From the NCBI GenBank assembly GCA_034530615.2, contig JAVRCV020000073.1:64001-128000 (forward strand): a stretch of 64,000 nucleotides of DNA, written 5' to 3'. This DNA comes from Aulosira sp. ZfuVER01 (GTDB taxonomy: Bacteria; Cyanobacteriota; Cyanobacteriia; Cyanobacteriales; Nostocaceae). A model generated the notes under the pieces. That model worked only from the letters and a program-made list of their open reading frames with translations. It searched no databases and was not told where the DNA came from. The position numbers and the translations under genes are program-made. The stretch's first letter is position 1; every line of letters starts with the position of its first letter. Positions 1-9,655 of this stretch are shown here, one piece after another.

Positions 1-986
1 CTACCCATGTCCTAAAAAGTTTCGGCTTGTTAGAAGATGCGATTCGTGTAGGTAATCCCCTCACAAATTATCAATTTAATTCGCAAAGCGGGAAAGAATT
101 AGTCAACATAGCTGTTAATGGATTCGATCTACCAGTCCTGGGAATCCATCGTGCTGATTTACACGCACTACTTTGGAGTAATGTACCAAGAGAAAAGTTT
201 GTTTTAGGGCAGCTTTTTGAGCGATTTGAGCAAGCAGGAGATAAAATTCAAGCTTATTTCGCCTCTGGCTTAACGGTTGATGGCGATGCTTTGATTGGTG
301 CTGATGGTCTAAAATCGCGGGTACGAGCAGTATTATTTAGTGACAACCCACCCATTTATCGCAACTTTACCACCTGGCGCGGTCTAACTGATTACATTCC
401 CAGCGGATTCAATTCCAGCTATATCAAAGAGTTTTTTGGTTCAGGTAAAGCCTTTGGATTTATGATGCTGGGCAAAAATCGGATGTATTGGTACGCAGCA
501 GCTAAAGCACCAGAAGCACAACCTGACTCAGCACTGGGACGCAAAAGAGAACTTGAGCAAATGTTTCAAGACTGGTTCCCCTCGATTCCAGAATTGATTG
601 CGGCGACAGATGAAGCCAATATTCTCAAAACAGATCTCTACGATCGCATCCCATCTCGCCCTTGGGGAAAGCAAAACGTTACACTACTAGGAGATGCTGC
701 TCACCCCATGCTACCAACCTTAGGACAAGGAGCGTGCATGGCATTAGAAGATGCACTTATAATTACCAAGTGTTTACAAGCCCAATCAGATCCCACATCA
801 GCCTTTCAACAATACGAGTCACAACGATTTAGCCGTACAAAATCGATTGTCGAACAGTCCTTGCGATCGGGAAAAATGGGAGAATTAGAAAATCCTTATG
901 CTGTAGCTTTACGCAACACATTTATGAAGCTCATGGGAGCAGCAATTAACAACAGCTTTCACTCAATTCACGCCTACAGAGCTTAA
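1..986 (+). CDS. FAD-dependent monooxygenase (UbiH/salicylate hydroxylase-like), 5'-truncated by the window edge
   Basis: LIGADG and LLGDAAHPMLPTLGQGACMALEDA motifs. The frame is open from base 3, so the start and the GxGxxG motif lie upstream of the window. Confidence 0.9.
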   Translation, partial: THVLKSFGLLEDAIRVGNPLTNYQFNSQSGKELVNIAVNGFDLPVLGIHRADLHALLWSNVPREKFVLGQLFERFEQAGDKIQAYFASGLTVDGDALIGADGLKSRVRAVLFSDNPPIYRNFTTWRGLTDYIPSGFNSSYIKEFFGSGKAFGFMMLGKNRMYWYAAAKAPEAQPDSALGRKRELEQMFQDWFPSIPELIAATDEANILKTDLYDRIPSRPWGKQNVTLLGDAAHPMLPTLGQGACMALEDALIITKCLQAQSDPTSAFQQYESQRFSRTKSIVEQSLRSGKMGELENPYAVALRNTFMKLMGAAINNSFHSIHAYRA

Positions 987-1012
987 TTTTAACTCTTCTT
1001 AATTTATCGTAC

Positions 1013-1348
1013 TCATCCTACAAACGAGCGATCGTGCTGAAGCGGATGGGATTGGGTAAATTCTTCAAATAGCTTGAAAAAGCTATCCAAAGCGTTGCGT
1101 TCGTCTTCGGAGTAAAACAGAATTATTTTGTCCCAAGATTGCGATGAAGAGATGTGAAATTTGCTTTGAATCCAAGTTTGAAATTCTGTAAATTGACGTT
1201 CTTCGTCGTTTTGAGAAATACCAAGTTCGCGACGGGCTAGAATATAGCCAGAAATACAGGAACGTAGGTTACACACAGAAGGTTTACCAAGATACAAAGA
1301 AGGACGTTTTTGGATTTTGCCAATTAGATCGTACAGACTACTCATCAT
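1013..1348 (-). CDS. Conserved hypothetical protein, candidate immunity protein of the adjacent Tox-PL-2 relic
   Basis: 111 aa, KRPxxYLG...GY...F..W...W pattern. SD (AGGAGA) lies immediately after the stop codon of the toxin fragment. Confidence 0.6.
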   Translation of the reverse strand: MMSSLYDLIGKIQKRPSLYLGKPSVCNLRSCISGYILARRELGISQNDEERQFTEFQTWIQSKFHISSSQSWDKIILFYSEDERNALDSFFKLFEEFTQSHPLQHDRSFVG

Positions 1349-1359
1349 ATATCTCCTGG

Positions 1360-1640
1360 TTAAAAATCTGTTTCTGTAATCTGAATGTCCCCTCCGATGT
1401 CTTTAGCAGCACAGTAGAGGTTGTTAAGCCAAACTTGTCTTTGAACTCCTTGCGGATGAATGTTGTCAAATATTAGCTCTTCTTGTGCTATTTCAACTGC
1501 GATCGCCTCATGTATGCCATTTGTAGAAATATGTTGCTGAAGGCTCTCGTGATAGATGTTGCAGTAGGGTTTTTCGTTGCTGCCTGTGAATAATTGTAGC
1601 CGTTTTCCCGCAATCCCCTTTCAAGTAAGAATGTTTGGAT
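1360..1640 (-). pseudogene. Papain-fold toxin 2 (Tox-PL-2)-like C-terminal fragment
   Basis: Manual translation KGIAGKRLQLFTG...NIYHESLQQHISTNGIHEAIAVEIAQEELIFDNIHPQGVQRQVWLNNLYC...TETDF*. No start codon, N-terminal catalytic Cys segment absent, apparent 1-nt frameshift near 1620. Confidence 0.7.
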
Positions 1641-1745
1641 TCAGAACAATATTTTCTTTAGGAATTCCCGCAGCAGCTAGTTCATTGGCGATCCCATCAT
1701 CAGTTCCATCTTGCTGTATCCAGAGTTTACAATTAGAGATGATTT
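1641..1745 (-). pseudogene. XisI-family C-terminal fragment
   Basis: Manual translation KLWIQQDGTDDGIANELAAAGIPKENIVL matches the XisI signature (WIQxDGTExGIAxEL..GIPK..IVL). It lacks a start and the GFHPP tail. Confidence 0.75.
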
Positions 1746-2012
1746 ATAAAGTAAATCTTAAATTGTCGGGTACAAATTCGGGATGATCCCGATTACTCAC
1801 TGTCTTTGACCTATTTCTATCTAACTCAAATAATAAGAATTAATGCTAATTTAATTTCGTCTTAAATTTAACAATTTATTTTACAGGGATTGCTCTGCTT
1901 CAGAAAAAAGAAGCGAGATTAGTAACAAATCAAAACTGGTAACGTAACTTAGTTGCTCCTTACTTAAAAAGGGGCTAATTGTCTGTTGAGAAAGTTGAGA
2001 AAACGATCGTAT

Positions 2013-2873
2013 ATGTTGAGAACAATTAGATATCCTTGGCAATGGGTTGGCAGAATTAGTAATGGACTAGCGGTATTAACGAGCATTGCTATAAGCAGCC
2101 AAGCAGCGTTAGCAGCTACAGTGCCGACTTTCGATCACATCGTCATCGTCATTGAAGAAAACCACGGCTATTCACAAATTATCGGTTCGAGTAGCGCTCC
2201 ATATATCAATTCACTAGCAACCCAAGGCGCTCTGTTCACAAATTCCCACGGTGTGACTCACCCAAGTCAACCCAACTACTTAGCCTTGTTTAGTGGCTCT
2301 ACACAAGGTGTGACAAATGACAATTGTCCATTAACATTTAGCGGAGCTAATCTCTCTACCCAGTTATCAGGTATTGCCAAGACTTTTATAGGTTATTCGG
2401 AGAGTATGCCCAGTGCAGGTTATACAGGTTGTTCTTACAATAGTTTGTACTATCGCAAGCACAACCCTTGGGTTGATTTCACTAATGTTGTTAGTTCTTT
2501 AAATCAACCATTTACAAGTTTTCCGACAACATTTGCTAATCTGCCTACTGTCTCAGTTGTGGTTCCTAACCAACAAAATGATATGCACGATGGCACAATT
2601 CAAAAAGGTGATACCTGGCTGAAAAATAATCTGGATGCCTATGTACAATGGGCTAAAACTCACAATAGTTTATTGATTCTGACCTTTGATGAAGATAATG
2701 GAACAAGCGGCAATAAGATTGCTACTATCTTTGTTGGCGCTCATGTTAAACAAGGGCAATATAGTGAAAATATCAATCACTACAATGTGTTGCGCACTAT
2801 TGAAGCAAGCTATGGATTACCTGGCTTGAATAATGCTGCTAATGCAACCCCAATTACTGATACTTGGCAATAA
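2013..2873 (+). CDS. Secreted phosphoesterase / acid phosphatase (alkaline phosphatase superfamily)
   Basis: HIVIVIEENH, THPSQPNYLALFSG, KHNP, DMHDG and TFDE motifs; signal peptide ending ALA. ATG at 2013 preferred over TTG at 1986. Confidence 0.85.
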   Translation: MLRTIRYPWQWVGRISNGLAVLTSIAISSQAALAATVPTFDHIVIVIEENHGYSQIIGSSSAPYINSLATQGALFTNSHGVTHPSQPNYLALFSGSTQGVTNDNCPLTFSGANLSTQLSGIAKTFIGYSESMPSAGYTGCSYNSLYYRKHNPWVDFTNVVSSLNQPFTSFPTTFANLPTVSVVVPNQQNDMHDGTIQKGDTWLKNNLDAYVQWAKTHNSLLILTFDEDNGTSGNKIATIFVGAHVKQGQYSENINHYNVLRTIEASYGLPGLNNAANATPITDTWQ

Positions 2874-3017
2874 ATAACTTTTTCGCTCTTGTGTGGGTTT
2901 CTGGGGAAAAGCGATCTGAAATTAAAATTTCAAATTGGGTTAGGTTATGCGATCGCAAGCAATCCCCAGAACCGCTAACAACTACAACAGTAAGGTTGCA
3001 CAGAAGTTACCCCTCGC

Positions 3018-3722
3018 CTATAACCTAGTTTTACTCGGAATCACAATCATCGCAAAATAAGGCACCTCCTCCGGAACAACTTCATCCAATGCTACAATCC
3101 TTTGCTGTGCCATCGTTGCCCGTTCAATATACAGCGCCCGCGATGCTAACCCTAATTGATGGAGAATATCACGCACTTTGGTAAAGTGACGACCCAATTT
3201 CATGATTGCGGCTGCATCGGTGGTTAATAGTTGTGAGATTAGTTCTTCAGCTGGTAAAGGCGCAGGCAAAACGGTGAGAATATCGTTGTAATAGGTAAAC
3301 GGTACACCCAAAGCAACCGGACAAGCCATCAAGGAAGAGACTCCAGGGACAACTTCTGTTTCATACTTCTCAGATAAGCGTGTGAACACATACATAAACG
3401 AGCCGTAAAAAAACGGATCGCCCTCACAAACTACTACCACATCTCGCCCTGCTTCTAGATGTGCAGCAATCGGTTCAACTTCTTTGTCATAAATTGATTG
3501 TGCTTTTTCTGGCTCCAAAGCACGGGGGAGGTGATAAAGTACCTCGATTTGATTGCCGGAAAGATATGGCGCGATAATTTTTCTAGCAATACTTTCTTTA
3601 TCGGTTGCCGATTGATAGGCGACTACAGGCGCAGCTTGCAGGAGCCGTAGCGCTTTTAGAGTCAAAAGTTCGGGATCGCCAGGGCCTATACCAACTCCAT
3701 ATAGACGACCTTTGGTTGTCAT
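3018..3722 (-). CDS. cobI: Precorrin-2 C20-methyltransferase
   Basis: GVGIGPGDPELLTLKA, EGDPFFYGS and VVPGVSS motifs; cob operon context. Confidence 0.93.
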   Translation of the reverse strand: MTTKGRLYGVGIGPGDPELLTLKALRLLQAAPVVAYQSATDKESIARKIIAPYLSGNQIEVLYHLPRALEPEKAQSIYDKEVEPIAAHLEAGRDVVVVCEGDPFFYGSFMYVFTRLSEKYETEVVPGVSSLMACPVALGVPFTYYNDILTVLPAPLPAEELISQLLTTDAAAIMKLGRHFTKVRDILHQLGLASRALYIERATMAQQRIVALDEVVPEEVPYFAMIVIPSKTRL

Positions 3723-3724
3723 GA

Positions 3725-4351
3725 TTATTCTTCCTCTGTTGCTAAGGCGTTAACTGCGGCGGCGGCGATCGCACTTCCGCCACGCCGACCATGTAATGTT
3801 AAAAATGGTACATTGCGGCTATCTGCTGCTAATGCGGCTTTCGACTCGGCTGCACCAACAAACCCAACGGGAAAACCTAAGATAACCGCAGGTTTGGGGC
3901 AACCCTCATCTAGCATTTCCAGCAGCCGAAATAGGGCGGTGGGTGCATTCCCAATTGCTACCACTGCCCCCTCGAGATGCGATCGCCATAATTCTAAGGC
4001 AGCTGCCGATCTGGTAGTACCCATTTTTTCAGCCAGTTCTGGTACTTGTGGATCGTTGAGAGTACAGATTACTTGGTTATTTGCAGATAATCGCCGCCTT
4101 GTAACACCTTCAGCCACCATCCGGCAATCACAGAGAATTGGTGCGCCATCTGCCAATGCTGCTCGTCCAGACTGCACCGCTGTGGGTGAATATCCCACAT
4201 CAGAGACAATATCCGTCATTCCACAGGCATGAATTAGCCGAACTGCAACTTTTGCTACATCTGGCGGTAATATTTCTAGATTTGCTTCCGACCGAATGAT
4301 TGCGAAAGAATTACGGTAGATTTCCTTGGCATCTTGGATATAATCAGGCAT
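3725..4351 (-). CDS. cobH: Precorrin-8X methylmutase
   Basis: RLIHACG, TTRSAAA, IGNAPTAL, PVGFVGAAESK and GRRGGS motifs. Confidence 0.95.
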   Translation of the reverse strand: MPDYIQDAKEIYRNSFAIIRSEANLEILPPDVAKVAVRLIHACGMTDIVSDVGYSPTAVQSGRAALADGAPILCDCRMVAEGVTRRRLSANNQVICTLNDPQVPELAEKMGTTRSAAALELWRSHLEGAVVAIGNAPTALFRLLEMLDEGCPKPAVILGFPVGFVGAAESKAALAADSRNVPFLTLHGRRGGSAIAAAAVNALATEEE

Positions 4352-4392
4352 TCAATTTTGGATTTTAAATTTTAGATTTATTTAGTAAATAG

Positions 4393-5871
4393 CTATCGGG
4401 GTAGGTTCGTAGTCAGAACATGAGAGCGATCGCATAATTGTTTTAATTGAGTCATTTCATATCGATTCACAAATTCCTTAAAAGTCTCATGAGAGTTCAG
4501 GCGTTGGGTTTTATATACTAGCAGCATCCGTTCTATCAATGCTGGCAATTTCCCAACAGTTACAAATTGATATTCACGACCAAATTTTTGTTCTTGGTCA
4601 TCAACACCTAAATAAACCCGATAACCTTCTACCTTTCCATTGTCCTCCTCCAAGTTGACACCGAGAAGGGTAATATCACTTTTGCTATGCTGGGCACAAG
4701 ATTTATCGCAGCCGCTAAAGTGGAGATTCACAGGGCTATCTAAAGCAACGCGAGTTTTGAGATATTCTGCTAATGCTAAAGCATCCCTTTTGGTGTCAGT
4801 AGCAGAAGCAGCACATCCCCGTTTGCCAGAACAAGCAACTAATGCGCTATTAATATTGCTAACTGAACAATCTAATCCCAAGGCAGAAATTTCACTTTGG
4901 ACATCAGCAACCCATTTTTGGGGAATATCTGTCAGTAGTATATTTTGCCAAGGAGTGAGCCTGAGAGTACCACTACCGTATTTTTCTGCTAACTCAGCCA
5001 GCCCCAATATCTGCTTTGTTTCTAAACGCCCCAAAGACAAAACAACGCCAAGATAAAATAAACTCGGCTGACGCTGGGGATGAATGCCGATATAGCGATC
5101 ATTAGTCGCAGTTCTCTCGATAATTTCCTGTTTTTGCTGGAGAGAAGGTAAAGTAAAAGGTAGACGCTGCTGGACTTCTTGAAGATAATTTTCACAGCCC
5201 AAACTATTCACTACCTCTCGCAAACGTAGCTTGTGTTTACTACTAGTATCAATATTAGCTAAGTAGACATCAGCCAAAGCTGCCAAGGCTGGTAAGCAAT
5301 TCTCTACTGACAATAAAATTCCTGTATCTTCGGCTGGTTTACCCTTTGCACCAGCACTCACATAAAGCCGGAAGTAAACATTACCATCAACTAACACAGC
5401 AGCAAAGACGATATCATTGATGCGATCGCTTACCGAAACAATCCCACCACCATCAAAGCAAACGCTAAATTTGGCTGATAGTGCTGATAGTTGAGAATTG
5501 GCTGTGATGTAATTATCCCAAGCTTGGACAAAGGGACGGGTATCTACTAATTCTTGGGGATCGATACCAGCAGTTGGGCTGGTCATAATATTGCGGATTT
5601 GGTCTACAGCAGTGTTACTAGAACCCAAACCCAAATCCTGTAAGCGCTTTAGCACCTCAGCATTAATTCCCTGATGAATTTCGCGAATTTGTAGGTTAGC
5701 CCGATTAGTTACATCAACATAACCACCGCCGTACTCTTGGGCTATATCTGCGATCGCGCGGCACTGCTTGCTATTTAAAATCCCACCTGGTATTCTAATG
5801 CGGGACAATATACCATCTTGGGCAGGTGTGGCGTAAAACAAGCCTGGACATTTGGTAAATCCGGACGACAA
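4393..5871 (-). CDS. cobG: Precorrin-3B synthase (nitrite/sulfite-reductase fold, 4Fe-4S)
   Basis: CPGLF...DGILSRIRIPGG, TNRANLQIR, LRLTPWQN and ACSGKRGC...SGCDKSC motifs. Start reassigned to TTG at 5871 (AAGGAG SD upstream) because the longer ORF runs into the riboswitch. Confidence 0.9.
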   Translation of the reverse strand: MSSGFTKCPGLFYATPAQDGILSRIRIPGGILNSKQCRAIADIAQEYGGGYVDVTNRANLQIREIHQGINAEVLKRLQDLGLGSSNTAVDQIRNIMTSPTAGIDPQELVDTRPFVQAWDNYITANSQLSALSAKFSVCFDGGGIVSVSDRINDIVFAAVLVDGNVYFRLYVSAGAKGKPAEDTGILLSVENCLPALAALADVYLANIDTSSKHKLRLREVVNSLGCENYLQEVQQRLPFTLPSLQQKQEIIERTATNDRYIGIHPQRQPSLFYLGVVLSLGRLETKQILGLAELAEKYGSGTLRLTPWQNILLTDIPQKWVADVQSEISALGLDCSVSNINSALVACSGKRGCAASATDTKRDALALAEYLKTRVALDSPVNLHFSGCDKSCAQHSKSDITLLGVNLEEDNGKVEGYRVYLGVDDQEQKFGREYQFVTVGKLPALIERMLLVYKTQRLNSHETFKEFVNRYEMTQLKQLCDRSHVLTTNLPR

Positions 5872-5933
5872 AACAAGAACTCCTTCCCCGTGCAACGCAG
5901 AGAGTAGAAAATATGTGCCTCTTAAGGACAGCC

Positions 5934-6006
5934 TGAGAGTTGGCATTCTGACTTACTTTACAGCTGCGGCACAGTCCCGGAATTTCACCGGAGTTTCCCA
6001 ACTCTA
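5934..6006 (-). promoter_or_regulatory. Compact cobalamin riboswitch upstream of cobG
   Basis: Minus strand AGAGTTGGGAAACTCCGGTGAAATTCCGGGACTGTGCCGCAGCTGTAA...AGTCAGAATGCCAACTCT contains GGGAA, the T-loop hairpin and the B12 box. Confidence 0.88.
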
Positions 6007-6110
6007 AGCTTTAGTAATTTAGCATGAGAAGCTTGTAAGAATTCTCGATGCTTCATAATTTTCATCAGCTGATAACATTTCCTTAATTGAGCTAGAAATC
6101 GAAAACTTCA

Positions 6111-7343
6111 TTGATAGACTCACATAAATGGCTGGCTATAGTTGGGATTGGTGAAGATGGGTTACAAGGGTTAAGTGCGATCGCCCGTTCCCTAATAGAT
6201 CGAGCTGAAGTTATAGTAGGAGGCGATCGTCATTTGGCAATGCTTCCTACCGACGACCAACGCCCAAGAATTGCCTGGACTTCCCCAATTAGCGCCTCAG
6301 TAGCCGAAATTATCCAACGTCGCGGTCAATCTGTATGCGTACTAGCTAGCGGCGATCCTATGTGTTACGGCATTGGTGTGACATTAACCAAGCAAATCCC
6401 CATTTCCGAAATCACAATTATTCCTGCACCTTCAGCCTTCAGTCTCGCCTGTGCCAGACTGGGGTGGTCATTAACAGAAGTAGAAACCCTGAGCTTGTGC
6501 GGTCGTCCATCTTCCCTCATTCAGTCTTACATTTATCCTGGGGCGCGGCTACTGATTTTGAGTGAAGGCAAAGACACACCCGCAATTGTGGCAGAAATTT
6601 TGACACAACGGGGTTACGGTGACAGCAAAATCACAGTTTTAGAACGAATGGGTAGCACTCATGAACGCATAATTGAGGGTAAGGCCGCAACTTGGAATGA
6701 AACAGACATTGCTGCTTTAAATGCGATCGCAGTTGAATGTCTTGCCGATCCTGGCGTCGTATCTTTACCCAGAACACCAGGATTGCCAGATAACGCTTAT
6801 CACCATGATGGACAGTTAACTAAACATGAAGTTAGAGCGATAACCCTAGCTACTCTAGCACCAACCCCAGGACAACTTTTATGGGATGTCGGCGCAGGCT
6901 GTGGTTCAATTTCTATAGAATGGATGCGGACTCATCCGAGATGTAGAGCGATCGCTATTGAACAAAACTCATCGAGACTGCGATATATTGCTGATAATGC
7001 TGCTGCTTTAGGTGTACCCAATCTGCAAATTATTCAGGGTAAAGCACCAAATGCCCTCAAAGATTTACCCCAACCTGATGCTATTTTCATAGGTGGTGGC
7101 GTCACAGCAGCTGGCTTATTTGATATTTGTTGGTCAGCACTCAAGCCTGGTGGACGCTTAGTAGCAAATGTTGTCACTATTGAGGGCGAACAAACCTTAT
7201 TTAAATGGTATGAACAAGTTGGTGCCAATTTCACCCGCATTGCCATTCAACGTGCCGAACCCATTGGTAAATTTTTAGGCTGGCGAGGAATGGCACCTGT
7301 TACACAGTGGGTAGCCGTAAAATCTTCAGACACACATCAATAA
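6111..7343 (+). CDS. cobL: Bifunctional precorrin-6Y C5,15-methyltransferase (CbiE-CbiT)
   Basis: IVGIGEDG, LASGDP, TKHEVRA, WDVGAGCGS and FIGGG motifs. Confidence 0.93.
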   Translation: MIDSHKWLAIVGIGEDGLQGLSAIARSLIDRAEVIVGGDRHLAMLPTDDQRPRIAWTSPISASVAEIIQRRGQSVCVLASGDPMCYGIGVTLTKQIPISEITIIPAPSAFSLACARLGWSLTEVETLSLCGRPSSLIQSYIYPGARLLILSEGKDTPAIVAEILTQRGYGDSKITVLERMGSTHERIIEGKAATWNETDIAALNAIAVECLADPGVVSLPRTPGLPDNAYHHDGQLTKHEVRAITLATLAPTPGQLLWDVGAGCGSISIEWMRTHPRCRAIAIEQNSSRLRYIADNAAALGVPNLQIIQGKAPNALKDLPQPDAIFIGGGVTAAGLFDICWSALKPGGRLVANVVTIEGEQTLFKWYEQVGANFTRIAIQRAEPIGKFLGWRGMAPVTQWVAVKSSDTHQ

Positions 7344-7393
7344 TTTATTTCAAAATAAACCTCTTAAATCCATCATGTTTTATCGGCGGTTTA

Positions 7394-8095
7394 TTATTTA
7401 TTGTTGATAGTTTTTACAAACTCTGTATGTTCTGGCGAATTTAATCCTGCTTGCAATACCGCCATAACCTTCGACATATCGCCTGTAAGCAAAGCTGGAA
7501 CTGCTAACCATAAACCCGGCATTACTTGACTTTGCAAAATTCCCTCTGCATTTGGTTCTAAAGGCACATATTCACTTTCGCTTAATCGGAACCAATCAAC
7601 CCGATTTTCTAATATTTGCCAAACCAGATATTCTTGAATTCCATTACGCCGATAAGCCTTTTTTTTATCGTGCAAATCATAAGCTGCACTACTAGCAGCA
7701 ATTTCTACAACTAACTCTGGCGCACCTTCAATGTAGTCATCTTCTGTTAACCGCGACTGTCCACCCAAGCTTTGATCAATCAACAAAACTGCGTCTGGTT
7801 GTGGTTCATTATCTTGATCTAGCCTGACTGTTGGTTCAATTCCTAACTTGACACCAGGAGTTGCAATTTGATAAGTTCCCAACCAAATAATTATTTTTCC
7901 ATGTGGTTCTGCATGACGTTGAAAACGTAGAGGTGATGCCAAGTAGACGACTCCTTCAATTAATTCAGCTTTCTGATGTTCAGCCATAGCTTGATAGCGA
8001 CGCTCAAATTCATGGCGAGATAATCTATCACCGCTTTCCAAAGGAGGAATTAAAGCTGGAGTTTCGTTAATGTGTGGTTGCCGTTGTGTCACCAT
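7394..8095 (-). CDS. Uma2 family (DUF820) PD-(D/E)XK protein
   Basis: AELIEG, EPQPD and APELVVEIAASS...KKKAYRRNGIQEY motifs. Confidence 0.92.
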   Translation of the reverse strand: MVTQRQPHINETPALIPPLESGDRLSRHEFERRYQAMAEHQKAELIEGVVYLASPLRFQRHAEPHGKIIIWLGTYQIATPGVKLGIEPTVRLDQDNEPQPDAVLLIDQSLGGQSRLTEDDYIEGAPELVVEIAASSAAYDLHDKKKAYRRNGIQEYLVWQILENRVDWFRLSESEYVPLEPNAEGILQSQVMPGLWLAVPALLTGDMSKVMAVLQAGLNSPEHTEFVKTINNK

Positions 8096-8125
8096 TTAGC
8101 ATCCCTCCAGATATTGTTAATACTT

Positions 8126-8869
8126 TCATTTTATTTGGTTAAGCAACCAAGCCACAGCATCTTCAACGTTACTTACTTGCTCTCCTGGCGGTATAGCTGG
8201 CCGGTTTACCATCACGACTGTTACACCCAATTCTCGCGCCGCAATAATCTTGGCGTAAGTCGCATCACCACCGCTATTTTTGCTGACAATCGTATCGATT
8301 TTGTGGTGAATGAGGATTTTTCGCTCATTATCCAAGGCAAAAGGGCCGCGATCGCACAATACCAAACCTGGTGGTATCAAGTCATCAGGGCTAGGCGGAT
8401 CGATTACCCGCATTAGAAACCAAATTTCTTCTAAGTTTGCAAAAGCGCTGAGTTCTTGTCTACCAACAGTTAAAAATACTCGCTGTGCTTGATTTGACAG
8501 TGAAGCGGCTGCGGCTGCAATATTCTCAACTTCAATCCAGCGATCGCCACCTACTTTTTCCCACACAGGACGGTTTAACATCAGACGGGGTATACCAACT
8601 TCCGTCGCCGCCGCCGCTGCATTAAAGGAAATTTGGCTAGCGAAGGGATGGGTTGCATCTATCAAAAGGTTGATTTTCATCTCCTGCAAATAGCTAGCCA
8701 ATCCAGTCACACCACCAAAACCCCCAATGCGGATATTACCAGATGGGATTGATGGTTGACGGGTACGGCCAGCTAAAGATGCGATCGCCTCAATTCCTGG
8801 GATAGTAGCGATTCTACCAACTAGTTCTGCCGCATCTCCTGTTCCACCCAAAATCAAAACGCGCATCAT
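8126..8869 (-). CDS. cobK: Precorrin-6A / cobalt-precorrin-6A reductase
   Basis: VLILGGT, IDATHPFA and SKNSGG motifs. Confidence 0.93.
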   Translation of the reverse strand: MMRVLILGGTGDAAELVGRIATIPGIEAIASLAGRTRQPSIPSGNIRIGGFGGVTGLASYLQEMKINLLIDATHPFASQISFNAAAAATEVGIPRLMLNRPVWEKVGGDRWIEVENIAAAAASLSNQAQRVFLTVGRQELSAFANLEEIWFLMRVIDPPSPDDLIPPGLVLCDRGPFALDNERKILIHHKIDTIVSKNSGGDATYAKIIAARELGVTVVMVNRPAIPPGEQVSNVEDAVAWLLNQIK

Positions 8870-9369
8870 AGCAATTTTAGATTTTGCGAAAAGTTGCCAG
8901 GAGGGTTTCCCTCCGTAGCAAACTTTTCAAGACGGATTTGAGATTTTGGATCAAAAATTGGTATCGCGGGAATCTTAGCTAAAACACCCTTTTTCAATGC
9001 TTCTGGTCGTTCTGACCAAGGCAGTAACCCATCAGGTTTACTGTAGTATTGACTAGCACATTCCAAAACAGCAGATGCACTTACATCAACTGCTAAATCA
9101 CCAAACAGGTATGTAATTTTGCCTTGCGCTGCAAAAGCGACCACACAAGAACGGTTACAAGCACTCATGCATTCTACTTGCTGAATTGGGAATTGATCTC
9201 GCAACTCCCAATCTTGTGCAAGCACTTGCAGCTTTTGCAAGAGTTTTTCACCACCACTTTCACCTAAACGTTTCCCATCTTGCCAAACACTGGCACAGGT
9301 TTTGCAAACAAATAGGGTATGAGAGGATACATCACAGTTACTAGTTTCCGAATTATTGACAGCAGTCAT
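8866..9369 (-). CDS. DUF1636 family metal-binding protein (B12 regulon)
   Basis: VCKTC...VECMSACNRSC...KITYLFG...RP motifs. ATG at 9369 lies downstream of the riboswitch; the stop overlaps the cobK start. Confidence 0.88.
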   Translation of the reverse strand: MTAVNNSETSNCDVSSHTLFVCKTCASVWQDGKRLGESGGEKLLQKLQVLAQDWELRDQFPIQQVECMSACNRSCVVAFAAQGKITYLFGDLAVDVSASAVLECASQYYSKPDGLLPWSERPEALKKGVLAKIPAIPIFDPKSQIRLEKFATEGNPPGNFSQNLKLL

Positions 9370-9404
9370 CTGTACCTCGCAGATGTGTAGAACAAAACAC
9401 TCAG

Positions 9405-9536
9405 CATTTGGTGGGCATCCTGACTCACTCAATTTTGGAATTTGAAAAATTGGTTCACAGTTGCGGGACAGCGCCGGATTTACACCGAACTTTCCCCGTT
9501 ACCTCTGATGGCTGCTCCCCACCAGAACCAAATGAC
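9405..9536 (-). promoter_or_regulatory. Canonical cobalamin riboswitch upstream of DUF1636-cobK
   Basis: Minus strand CATTTGGTTC...AACGGGGAAAGTTCGGTGTAAATCCGGCGCTGTCCCGCAACTGTGA...GAGTCAGGATGCCCACCAAATG, with P1 CATTTGG/CCAAATG. Confidence 0.93.
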
Positions 9537-9655
9537 TTGTTAAATCATACAATACACTCTGCGCCCCCCTGCGTTTACTCCGCGTCCCTTTGCGTTAAAA
9601 AAAATCCCACGCCTTCAAGACTTGGGAATTTCATTTTCCTCTTATTATCAACTAC

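Noticed and set aside
1577..1786. 69-aa plus-strand ORF
   Set aside because: It is the antisense shadow of the XisI/Tox-PL-2 relics on the minus strand.
4393..5871. Aerobic-route cobG in a cyanobacterium as a novelty
   Set aside because: cobG-cobH-cobI clusters are, as I recall, already known in Nostocales.
5872..6001. N-terminal extension of CobG and the 68-aa ORF at 5795-6001; likewise 9370-9432 and ORF 9408-9659
   Set aside because: These overlap the cobalamin riboswitches and their leaders, so they are non-coding.
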